NCBI GenBank assembly: GCA_035402985.1
Contig: DAONEH010000004.1
Span: 1-55,717 of the forward strand
Length of the DNA stretch: 55,717 nucleotides
Direction of reading: 5' to 3'
DNA from: a bacterium
GTDB taxonomy: Bacteria > Patescibacteriota > Patescibacteriia > Patescibacteriales > UBA12465
Positions 1 to 7,799 of this stretch are shown here, piece after piece (position 1 is the first letter of the stretch; the number at the start of each line of letters is the position of its first letter). The notes beneath the pieces are model-generated. The model was not told the DNA's origin. It saw nothing but the letters and a program-made list of their open reading frames with translations, and did no database searches. Both the position numbers and the translations under genes were made by a program.

Positions 1-24
1 TGGTTTGTATGCCGAAAAAGGAAA

Positions 25-44
25 CCCCGGACTTTAGTCCGGGG
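25..44 (+). other. GC-rich hairpin (CCCCGGAC / GTCCGGGG) followed by GGAGGAGG. Possible end of the upstream transcript or a REP-like element at the window edge.
   Basis: Perfect G+C-rich inverted repeat 25-33 / 36-44 in otherwise AT-rich DNA. No T-tract follows, so it is not a classical intrinsic terminator. Confidence 0.3.
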
Positions 45-71
45 AGGAGGTCATTTAAAAAGATAACTGGC

Positions 72-577
72 ATGAAAAAAATTGAAATGGTTACAGAGCG
101 CTTACTTCTTGTTGAAATAGATATGTTTTACTTAGATGATATATTTAAAGAATTTACTTTAAAAGTAGCCCAATATTTAATTCCACAACCAACTGGCAGA
201 AAGAAGGACACAACAGAATTTATTTTAGAGTCAAAAAAAATAATGATTTTAGGAAAGGTTTGCAATTAGTTATTTTAGATAAAACAACCAAAACTTTTTT
301 AGGGTGTATTGGCTTGCAAAATATTAAAGCTAAAAGACCACTTCTTGGTCTTTGGATAAAAGAATCAGTTTGGGGTCGTGGGTATGGCAGAGAAGCTACT
401 TTGGCTGTTGTTTGCTGGGCTAAAAAGAACCTAGATTATAATGAGATACTATATGTAGTTTCTGAAAAAAATATTGCTAGTGTCAAAATTGCAGAAAGAA
501 TCGGAGTCAAAATGTTTAAAAAAAACGGAAGTAAAAATAAAAAAGAAAAGAAGCTTATTTATTTTATTAAGAAGTAA
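72..577 (+). pseudogene. RimJ/RimL-type GNAT N-acetyltransferase split by a frameshift in an A8 run (233-240)
   Basis: ORFs 9..269 and 260..577 look like the N and C halves of one GNAT (MVTERLLLVEI... then QLVILDK..GCIGL..WGRGYGREA..). Reading through the A-run as if it had 9 A's gives a continuous ..ESKKNNDFRKGLQLVILDK... The likely true start is ATG 72 or 87, downstream of the hairpin at 25-44. Confidence 0.6.
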
Positions 578-585
578 AGTTTTTA

Positions 586-610
586 AAAGGCCTAAAAATA
601 AGGCCTTTTT
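586..610 (+). terminator. Rho-independent terminator after the GNAT gene
   Basis: AAAGGCCT (586-593), 7-nt loop, AGGCCTTT (601-608), running into a T-tract. Confidence 0.7.
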
Positions 611-765
611 ATATTAGAAAATTAAAGATATTTTAGTTTTTAGAACTGTGTATTAATATCTATTTATTCCATAAAAAATATGATATACTCTAGATAAATA
701 TACTATATTTATAATTTTGTGACATTTTTAAAACTTTAAACCAGTATTGAAAGGAGGTATTTATT

Positions 766-936
766 ATGTATGTTCATCCCCACGATTTTTGTGATGCCAG
801 AGATGCTAAACTAGCGAAGCTTCTCTCTGAAAAAGAGTATCAAGGATATCTTGATTCTCAAGGACAAGAATTAAAACCTTTATTCCAATTCGTTGGTGCT
901 ATTTTTGGAAAAATAAGTAATTGTTTTAAAAAATAG
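766..936 (+). CDS. Small hypothetical protein (56 aa), absent from the ORF track because it is under 60 aa
   Basis: ATG 766 lies 8 nt after AAGGAGG (751-757), the strongest SD in the window. Translation: MYVHPHDFCDARDAKLAKLLSEKEYQGYLDSQGQELKPLFQFVGAIFGKISNCFKK, stop TAG 934-936. It sits in a 458-bp gap with an extended -10 (TGATATACT near 689-697) upstream. Confidence 0.4.
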   Translation: MYVHPHDFCDARDAKLAKLLSEKEYQGYLDSQGQELKPLFQFVGAIFGKISNCFKK

Positions 937-1035
937 TAAATTCTTTTAGTGCTCAAGCCCCTATAATATTAGGAGCTTTTAAATAAGGGTAATATTTATT
1001 TATCTAGTATTATTTGGTATAATAATATTGCAATA

Positions 1036-1776
1036 TTGCATAACTATAATAAAAAGAATATGAAAGATGCCAATTTATATTTATCTGGTGGAGGTGATTC
1101 TGAGGATAGTTTTTTATTAGATAAAAGTTTTTTGGAAAAAATAAAAAAAGAAGAAAATATTTTGTATATACCAATAGCTATGGAAACAGACACTGCTGGT
1201 TTTGAATCTTGCCATAACTGGGTCACTAATACATTATCAAGAGCTTCTAATACTCCAATTAAAATAGAAATGTGGACAAATCTGTATAATAAATCTTGGA
1301 ATGATATAAAAGATTTTGGAGCAATTTATATAGGGGGAGGCAATACTTTTAAATTACTAAACTATCTTTCTGATACTGGGTTTATCTCAATTTTGGAAAA
1401 ATACATTGTTAATGGTGGTATTGTTTATGGTGGTAGTGCTGGGGCGATAATTATGGGAAAATCAATTAAAACGGCAGAAGATGAAAATGATAAAGAATAT
1501 AAAAAAAGTGATGGCTTAAATTTATTATCTGGAATTTCAATTTTTTGTCATTATAATAGTGCCTTTGATTTAAAAATACAAAAATACATCAAGGAAAACT
1601 GTGGAGAGGTTATTGCTTTACCGGAAAAAACTGGGTTGGTTGTTTCTGATCTAGAAATTGTTATAATAGGTTATGAGCCAGCTTATTATTTTGATTTAAA
1701 TGGGAATATTACAACACTGGAAATAAATAAAAAATATAGTTATGACAGCAGTAGTGGTTTTTATAAGTTTGTTTAA
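1036..1776 (+). CDS. Peptidase S51 family (dipeptidase E / cyanophycinase-like, type-1 glutamine amidotransferase-like fold)
   Basis: LYLSGGG near the N-terminus, IYIGGGNTFKLL, and nucleophile motif YGGSAGAIIMG. The ORF-track start is TTG 1036. ATG 1060 (MKDANLYLSGGG) is more likely because an extended -10, TGGTATAAT, sits at 1015-1023. Confidence 0.7.
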   Translation: MHNYNKKNMKDANLYLSGGGDSEDSFLLDKSFLEKIKKEENILYIPIAMETDTAGFESCHNWVTNTLSRASNTPIKIEMWTNLYNKSWNDIKDFGAIYIGGGNTFKLLNYLSDTGFISILEKYIVNGGIVYGGSAGAIIMGKSIKTAEDENDKEYKKSDGLNLLSGISIFCHYNSAFDLKIQKYIKENCGEVIALPEKTGLVVSDLEIVIIGYEPAYYFDLNGNITTLEINKKYSYDSSSGFYKFV

Positions 1777-1779
1777 TAT

Positions 1780-2766
1780 ATGATTACACCAAAAAAACTA
1801 AAAATAGGAGATGAAATTAGAATAATAGCTCCGGCCAGAAGCTTGGCTTTGCTTTCAGATGATTTAATAAAATTAGCAAAAACTAATTTAGAAAAGCAGG
1901 GTTTTAAAGTCACTTTTTCTAAAAATTGTCGAGAAAAAGATGCTTTTATTTCGTCATCAATCAAATCCAGAATAGATGATTTACATGAAGCTTTCTCTGA
2001 CAAAAATGTTAAGGCTATTTTAACTGTGATTGGTGGTTTTAACTCTAATCAATTATTAGATTATATTAATTATAATTTAATTAAGAAGAATCCCAAGATA
2101 ATTTGTGGCTATTCTGACATCACAGCTTTAACTAATGCCATAACCGCAAAATCTAACTTAATAACATATTCTGGTCTTCATTTTTCAACTTGGGGCATGA
2201 AGAAAGAATTTGAATATAATTTGGAGTATTTTAAGAAATGTTTAATGGAGAAAAAAGAATTTGAAATTAGACCAGCTAAAACTTGGTCGGATGATTCCTG
2301 GTGGAAAGATCAAGATAATAGAGAACTAGAGAAAAATTATGGTTTTATCGCTATAAATAAAGGTAGGACGAAAGGAAAAATATTTGGTGGAAACCTTTGT
2401 ACCTTTAATTTGTTACAAGGAACAAAGTTTATGCCAAATATATCAAATTCAATTTTATTTATTGAAGATGATGATTTAACTAGTGATTATTTTAGTGTTA
2501 GTTTTGATCGAGACTTACAATCTTTAATACACCAATCTAACTTTAAGAAAGTTAAAGGAATTGTCTTTGGGAGATTTCAAAAGAATACAGATATGACATT
2601 AGATAAGTTGGTGTGTATTATAAGAAATAAGAAAGAATTAAAGAATATACCCATTATTGCAAATGTTGATTTTGGCCATACTAATCCTTTAGTAACATTT
2701 CCTATTGGTGGTGTAGTTGAAATGAATATTGGTAAAAAGATTAAGCTAAAAATAGTTAAACACTAA
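1780..2766 (+). CDS. Peptidase S66 family LD-carboxypeptidase (LdcA / microcin C7 immunity MccF-like)
   Basis: Catalytic-Ser motif ICGYSDITALTNAI and C-terminal DFGHTNP. Length 328 aa. Starts 4 nt after the S51 gene, so an operon is likely. Confidence 0.75.
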   Translation: MITPKKLKIGDEIRIIAPARSLALLSDDLIKLAKTNLEKQGFKVTFSKNCREKDAFISSSIKSRIDDLHEAFSDKNVKAILTVIGGFNSNQLLDYINYNLIKKNPKIICGYSDITALTNAITAKSNLITYSGLHFSTWGMKKEFEYNLEYFKKCLMEKKEFEIRPAKTWSDDSWWKDQDNRELEKNYGFIAINKGRTKGKIFGGNLCTFNLLQGTKFMPNISNSILFIEDDDLTSDYFSVSFDRDLQSLIHQSNFKKVKGIVFGRFQKNTDMTLDKLVCIIRNKKELKNIPIIANVDFGHTNPLVTFPIGGVVEMNIGKKIKLKIVKH

Positions 2767-2867
2767 ACAAGGAGTATTTGATTGGGTAAGTAATAAATTA
2801 GAATTTTTACTAAACAATTATAGAGAATTTAGTCTTGGCATTATATTAAAAATTGTTTTGAAAAAAT

Positions 2868-3305
2868 ATGAATACATCTCTAAATCAACGGTTTCATTTT
2901 GGTGTCTATGGGATTTTAGTTAGTGATAATAAAATGTTGTTTATAAAGAAGTCTAGAGGTGCCTATAAAGGAAAGTATGACCTACCAGGTGGGGGTGTTG
3001 AATTTAATGAAAAAATTGAAGATGCTTTAAGGAGAGAGTTTATGGAAGAAACAGGTATTGTTTTGAAGGATATTGAATTTATTGGTTCTAGTGAATATTT
3101 TTGTGATTATTTAAACGATCTAGGTGAAGTAAGGAAATTGCATCACGTTGGGCTTTATTATAAGGTATTTGGTGATTGCAGAAAAATTAAAGAAGAACCT
3201 GATGGGCAAGATTCTTTGGGTGCTGAATTTATTGACATTGATAAGATTAAGGATGTTAACATTTCACCGATAAGCTTGCCCATAATTAAAAAGATATATG
3301 AATAA
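2868..3305 (+). CDS. Nudix hydrolase
   Basis: Complete Nudix box GGGVEFNEKIEDALRREFMEETGI (GX5EX7REUXEEXGU). Confidence 0.85.
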   Translation: MNTSLNQRFHFGVYGILVSDNKMLFIKKSRGAYKGKYDLPGGGVEFNEKIEDALRREFMEETGIVLKDIEFIGSSEYFCDYLNDLGEVRKLHHVGLYYKVFGDCRKIKEEPDGQDSLGAEFIDIDKIKDVNISPISLPIIKKIYE

Positions 3306-3888
3306 TATTAAATTGGGTGTGAGAGCTTTAATTAAAACTAAAAAAGGTTTAATTATGGTTGAGCACAATGAAAAGAAAAATGGAAAAATTTTCATTTTTC
3401 CTGGTGGTGGTATAGATCCTGGTGAAAACATTTTTCAAACCGCAGAAAGGGAATTAAAAGAAGTATTTTTATCTCTTATTAAAACAGGTTTAGAAATCAA
3501 TTTGCCAGTTGGTTTTGGAGATCCTTTTCCTCATCTTTTATTTAGTCCCAAAAGGATGAAGGAAGCTTATGAAAATGATGACTTGTTAAATGGTAAAATT
3601 ATTGGTGGCTGTTCAGTAAGTATTGATTCAATGTATGTTGCTCAAGACGGGACAGTTCTTTTGTGCCCCTATTTACCAATTTATTGTGGTAATGTTAAAA
3701 AACAATTAGTGAAAGATATCTGGTTGAATTCAAATACTTATCAAATGGCCCGATCGATTAGAGGATATTTAGAGGGAAAGTGTGGTCATTGTAATTTAAA
3801 GTATGCCTGTGGTGGATGTCGCGCTAATGCTTATTATGAGACAGGTAGTATTTGTGGTGAGGATACTGGTTGTTGGCGAGATACTTAA
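3298..3888 (+). pseudogene. Chimeric ORF: 5' fragment of a second Nudix gene fused in frame to the 3' SPASM/twitch end of a radical-SAM gene
   Basis: The first ~55 aa are Nudix-like (FPGGGIDPGENIFQTAERELKE) but the Nudix box breaks after RELKE; the EExGU part is missing. The remainder reads as a SPASM C-terminus: DGTVLLCPYLPIYCGNVKK..IW...GKCGHCNLKYACGGCRANAYYETG..C. No radical-SAM CxxxCxxC core is present. The junction is near nt 3463. Confidence 0.55.
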
Positions 3889-3900
3889 AAATATTATTTT

Positions 3901-3932
3901 TGGGGATTGTAAAAACTTTCCCCATATTTTTT
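3901..3932 (+). terminator. Stem-loop plus T-tract after the chimeric ORF
   Basis: TGGGGA (3901-3906), 12-nt loop, TCCCCA (3919-3924), then TATTTTTT. Confidence 0.5.
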
Positions 3933-4006
3933 ATATGATAACTATAAAACAATTTAATTTAAAAGACGTTGATTATATTCTGCATTGGTTTTCTAATACA
4001 AAAAAT
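3927..4006 (+). repeat. 80-bp direct repeat, copy 1 (covers the start codon and first 24 codons of the GNAT gene)
   Basis: Matches 6299-6378 at 78 of 80 positions by my alignment: TTTTTTATATGATAACTATAAAACAATTTAATTTAAAAGA(C/T)GTTGATTATATTCTGC(A/G)TTGGTTTTCTAATACAAAAAAT. Confidence 0.9.
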
Positions 4007-4354
4007 AGAGAATTTCAAAGAACAAAAACTATTGACAAAGATAAGGCTTTAAGACTTATATCTTCTGATAAAAATAAAACAGTTTATGGTATTTATTTGG
4101 ACGATGCTTTAATTGGTTATGCGATGTTAAAATATTTTTATGTCAAGGTGGAAATTGGTATTAATATTGATGAACCATTTTGGGGCCATGGTTATGGGTT
4201 TGAAGCAATGAAATTATTAGAAGAAAAAGCTAAAGAAAAAAAATATTATAAAATTGAGGTTCTAGTTAATGAGCATAACGAAAGAGCTTTAAAATTATAC
4301 AAAAAATTAGGTTATAAAGATACTGATTTAAAAATTTTAGAAAAAGAATTATAA
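3935..4354 (+). CDS. GNAT family N-acetyltransferase (140 aa)
   Basis: MITIKQFNLKDVDYILHWF..., FWGHGYGFEAM motif-A-like region, ...NERALKLYKKLGY. The track ORF starts at 3803, but that part overlaps the preceding ORF and its terminator, so ATG 3935 is the plausible start. Confidence 0.75.
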   Translation: MITIKQFNLKDVDYILHWFSNTKNREFQRTKTIDKDKALRLISSDKNKTVYGIYLDDALIGYAMLKYFYVKVEIGINIDEPFWGHGYGFEAMKLLEEKAKEKKYYKIEVLVNEHNERALKLYKKLGYKDTDLKILEKEL

Positions 4355-4637
4355 ATTTTTATAATAATTTCAAAGTAGAATTTGCTTTATAAATACAAAT
4401 ATAAAAGAGTCTATTTAACACTTTTTTGGTATTAAATTATAATTGTTTTAAATTTAATTCATAAAACTAAGTTTGATGAGTTAAAATAATAATTTTAAAT
4501 CTGCCTATTTTGTCAGATACTCAGTTCAATAAGTAACAAAAACAAACAAAACGTTTATTGAAGATGTATTAAAAAAAGAAAAATGGTTTTGTAATGTGAT
4601 TTATAATAATTCTTCACCAACAGAAATATTTTAAAAT

Positions 4638-5477
4638 ATGTTTAGTGAAACAAAACGTAGCCAATCCATAAAATTGGCACAAAATTATTTATTTAATAAA
4701 AAATTAGTATCAGATTTAATAAAATCTATAAAAATATGTAAAGAAGACATAGTTTTTGAGGTTGGCCCAGGTAGGGGAATAATTACAGAAGAATTATTAA
4801 AATATTCTAATCATATTATTGCTATAGAAAAAGACCATAAAAATATTATTGAATTAAGAAAAAAAGAATATAATTCAAATTTTATTACTATAATTGAAGG
4901 CGATATATTAAAATACCAAAATAAACAACAAAATAATTATATAGTTGTTTCAAACCCACCTTTTAATATTACTTCTGCGTTAATAAAAAAATTTATTACA
5001 GATGAATATATACCTAAAAGTATGTATTTAGTGTTACAAAAAGAAGCTTTTGATAGAATTGCTGGTATAAAATTTGAGAGTCAATTTTCTATAATTATAA
5101 AATCTTTGTATAAATTAAAACCAATATATTATTTTAAACGTTCTGATTTTTTTCCGTGTCCAAAAGTGGATACAGTTTTTGTTGAATTTATAGTTCGAGA
5201 TTGTATGAAAAAAATTGATTTTAGAAAAGAATATTTTCGTTTTGTACAATATGCTTTTCAACAACAAAAAAGTAGTCTTTTTAATAATTTTAAAAAAGTT
5301 TTTTCATATATTCAATGGAAAAAAATTTCTCAACAATTAAAATTTGATATTAAAGTTAGAGTTAGTGATTTATCTCCAGATCAATGGTTGCAACTTTTTG
5401 AAATTTTTAAAAAGTATACTAATATTTCTAAGCATGAATTAATTATGAATGCTAAAATTTGCGAACGTTTATTATAA
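4638..5477 (+). CDS. Divergent rRNA adenine N6-dimethyltransferase family protein (KsgA/RsmA-Erm family)
   Basis: Family landmarks in order: LAQNYL (for GQNFL), VFEVGPGRGIIT (SAM-binding GxGxG), AIEKD, GDILKY, SNPPFNITS (for N-I/L-P-Y-x-IS), LQKEAFDRI, FFPCPKVDTVFV, AFQQQKSSLFNNF, and C-terminal LSPDQWLQLF. Confidence 0.65.
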   Translation: MFSETKRSQSIKLAQNYLFNKKLVSDLIKSIKICKEDIVFEVGPGRGIITEELLKYSNHIIAIEKDHKNIIELRKKEYNSNFITIIEGDILKYQNKQQNNYIVVSNPPFNITSALIKKFITDEYIPKSMYLVLQKEAFDRIAGIKFESQFSIIIKSLYKLKPIYYFKRSDFFPCPKVDTVFVEFIVRDCMKKIDFRKEYFRFVQYAFQQQKSSLFNNFKKVFSYIQWKKISQQLKFDIKVRVSDLSPDQWLQLFEIFKKYTNISKHELIMNAKICERLL

Positions 5478-5495
5478 TATTAAAATAATTTAGAT

Positions 5496-6290
5496 ATGAA
5501 ATTAGCAATTGTTTTTTGGTTTTATAAAGAAGCTGATGTTTGTAAAAATAAATTAAAAATATTAAAAAAATATAATCCAAATGTTAAAATATTTGGATTG
5601 TTTGGTGGTGATAAAAAAATGGAAAATGAATATAAAAAACAACTTAGTGAATATTTTGATGATTTTTACACATCAAATTTATGCAATAGAAAATATGAAT
5701 TTAAATGGATAAATGGAGATATTATGCTACTTGATTGGTATGAGAAAAGAGGTATATATTTAGATTGGGATAGTGTAGCTATAGTACAGTGGGATATGCT
5801 TATTTTAGATTCTTTAAAAAAACAATTTTATGGAATTAAAAAAAATCAAATATTTTTATCAGCTTTAAAAAAATTAGATATTAAAACAGAAAATATTTGG
5901 ACTTGGACTACTCCTAAACAAAAATATCGTAAAGATTACTTAGCGTTTCGTAGATATGTTAATAAAGAATATTCATATATTCCAGATAGTTTTTTATGTT
6001 GTTTGTTTGTGTTTGAAATTTTACCTCGTGTTTTTTTTAAAAAATGGTGTACAGTTAAAGATAGATATGTAGGGATGTTAGAATATAAAATACCTACTTA
6101 CGCAGATATTTTTAAACTATCTTTTTATAAAAAAAACCTTAATATTTGGTGGACAATAAAGGACGGGGAAATAAAAGATTTTTCTATAAACGCTAATTCG
6201 TTTCAAATAGATAAAAAGCATATAAATTTTGAACTATCAAAAAAAGATGGTTTTAGAATGTTTCATCCGTATAATTCTATTTATAACTAA
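5496..6290 (+). CDS. Hypothetical protein, Trp/Tyr/Lys-rich, no recognisable motif
   Basis: Uninterrupted 264-aa ORF, 18 nt after the methyltransferase gene, with the same extreme AT bias. No family recognised by eye. Confidence 0.5.
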   Translation: MKLAIVFWFYKEADVCKNKLKILKKYNPNVKIFGLFGGDKKMENEYKKQLSEYFDDFYTSNLCNRKYEFKWINGDIMLLDWYEKRGIYLDWDSVAIVQWDMLILDSLKKQFYGIKKNQIFLSALKKLDIKTENIWTWTTPKQKYRKDYLAFRRYVNKEYSYIPDSFLCCLFVFEILPRVFFKKWCTVKDRYVGMLEYKIPTYADIFKLSFYKKNLNIWWTIKDGEIKDFSINANSFQIDKKHINFELSKKDGFRMFHPYNSIYN

Positions 6291-6298
6291 ATATTCAA

Positions 6299-6378
6299 TT
6301 TTTTATATGATAACTATAAAACAATTTAATTTAAAAGATGTTGATTATATTCTGCGTTGGTTTTCTAATACAAAAAAT
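6299..6378 (+). repeat. 80-bp direct repeat, copy 2 (orphan 5' fragment of the GNAT gene)
   Basis: See copy 1. It contains the ATG (6307) and 24 GNAT codons, and homology then stops exactly where the abiEi -35 box begins. Confidence 0.9.
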
Positions 6379-6407
6379 TTGACTTACTTTCTATAATAAT
6401 ATACAAT
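6379..6407 (+). promoter_or_regulatory. Sigma-70-like promoter for abiEi/abiEii
   Basis: TTGACT (6379-6384), 17-bp spacer, TACAAT (6402-6407), 42 nt before ATG 6449. AGTCAA (6432-6437) is an inverted copy of the -35 hexamer. Confidence 0.45.
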
Positions 6408-6448
6408 GGAACTGTGAATAATTATAAGTTCAGTCAAACATTATTAAT

Positions 6449-7018
6449 ATGGATAATTTAATTGTAAAATTATATCAATCTCCAAAAACAATTCTATCTA
6501 ATAAGGATCTAGCTTTAATTTGGCAAGAAAATAATGAAAAAAACTTATATGCTAAAACTGCTTATTATGTAAAACAAAAAGTTTTAATTAGATTAACTCG
6601 AGGAGTTTTTGCTAAGGATAAAAATTATAATCCAAAAGAATTAGCAACTAGTATTTATGTCCCGTCTTATATCAGTTTTGAAACAGTTTTAAGAGAGGCC
6701 GGGATTATTTTTCAACACTACAATACGATATTTGTGGTTTCTAAATGGCCAAAAACAATGACTATAAATAAAAATACTTTTACTTTTAGAAAATTAAAAG
6801 ATACTGTTTTGTTTAATTCTACTGGGATTGTCAATAAAGATAATTATAGTGTGGCCACTACCGAAAGAGCTTTTTTAGATATGATTTATTTATTTCCAAA
6901 TTACTACTTTGATAATTTAAAATTAATTGATTGGAAAAAATGTGAAAGTCTTGTAAAAATTTATAATAATAAGGAATTATCAAAACGATTAGCTAGATAT
7001 AAAAAAAAATATGCTTAA
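6449..7018 (+). CDS. abiEi: AbiEi-like type IV antitoxin / transcriptional regulator
   Basis: 189 aa, overlaps the downstream AbiEii gene by 8 nt. The pattern L.RL.RGVF.. followed by SYISFETVL is typical of AbiEi_4-type proteins. Confidence 0.6.
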   Translation: MDNLIVKLYQSPKTILSNKDLALIWQENNEKNLYAKTAYYVKQKVLIRLTRGVFAKDKNYNPKELATSIYVPSYISFETVLREAGIIFQHYNTIFVVSKWPKTMTINKNTFTFRKLKDTVLFNSTGIVNKDNYSVATTERAFLDMIYLFPNYYFDNLKLIDWKKCESLVKIYNNKELSKRLARYKKKYA

Positions 7019-7724
7019 TAGAGAAAAACATCAATTAATAATGGGTCAGATTTTAAAAGATATCTATAATGATATTACAATAAGTTCGCTTTTGGGATTT
7101 AAAGGTGGAACTTGTGCTTATTTTTTTTATAATCTTCCAAGATTTTCGGTAGATTTAGATTTTGATTTACTAATAGTGAATGAAAAAAACCAAAAAATGG
7201 TATTTAAAAAAATTGTTGCTATTTTAAGTAAATATGGAAAGGTTAAAAATCAATATATAAAGAGATTTACGGTTTTTGCTTTACTTTCTTATGGTGATAA
7301 TGATCATAATATTAAGGTTGAAATTAATGTCCGAAAATTGGTAGAAAATATTTTTGATCACTACGAAATAAAAGAATATTTAGGTATTTCAATGTTTGTA
7401 GCTAAAAAAGATTATTTATTTGCTAGTAAATTATCGGATTTGACACTTCGAAACGAAATTGCTATGAGAGATATTTTTGATATTTATTATTTTGCTAAAA
7501 ATAATTGGGATATTAATACTGAGGTAATTGAAGAAAGAACAGGTAAAACTACTAAAGAATATTTATCTGATTGTATAGCTTTTATAGAAAAAGTAAAAAA
7601 TAATCAAATATTGCAGGGATTAGGAGAACTTGTTGATAGCGAAAAAGAAAAAGAGTGGATTAGAACCCACTTAAAAACTGATTCTATTTTTATGTTGAAG
7701 AATTATATGTCAGTGATAAAGTAA
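7011..7724 (+). CDS. abiEii: AbiEii/AbiGii-family nucleotidyltransferase toxin (DUF1814-like)
   Basis: N-terminal signature LLGFKGGTCAYFFYNLPRFSVDLDFDL (GGT.l....R.S.DLDF). Confidence 0.7.
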   Translation: MLNREKHQLIMGQILKDIYNDITISSLLGFKGGTCAYFFYNLPRFSVDLDFDLLIVNEKNQKMVFKKIVAILSKYGKVKNQYIKRFTVFALLSYGDNDHNIKVEINVRKLVENIFDHYEIKEYLGISMFVAKKDYLFASKLSDLTLRNEIAMRDIFDIYYFAKNNWDINTEVIEERTGKTTKEYLSDCIAFIEKVKNNQILQGLGELVDSEKEKEWIRTHLKTDSIFMLKNYMSVIK

Positions 7725-7762
7725 AAACATATAATTAAAGTATATTTTAAAAGATTTTTTAT

Positions 7763-7791
7763 TTGGCAAAATATTTTTTTTATTGTATAAT
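7763..7791 (+). promoter_or_regulatory. Sigma-70-like promoter ahead of the T4SS-like gene block
   Basis: TTGGCA (7763-7768), 17-bp spacer, extended -10 TGTATAAT (7784-7791). Confidence 0.45.
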
Positions 7792-7799
7792 ATAGTTAA

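Noticed and set aside
3803-3934. N-terminal 44 codons of the ORF-track entry 3803..4354.
   Set aside because: This stretch overlaps the SPASM-encoding end of the previous ORF and its terminator hairpin, and it translates to non-GNAT sequence. The GNAT domain begins at ATG 3935, which is also where the 80-bp repeat places the start.
4355-4637. Possible erm-type leader peptide or attenuator upstream of the methyltransferase.
   Set aside because: Only 2-3-codon mini-ORFs are present, and I found no pair of mutually exclusive hairpins. The region is simply AT-rich spacer as far as I can see.
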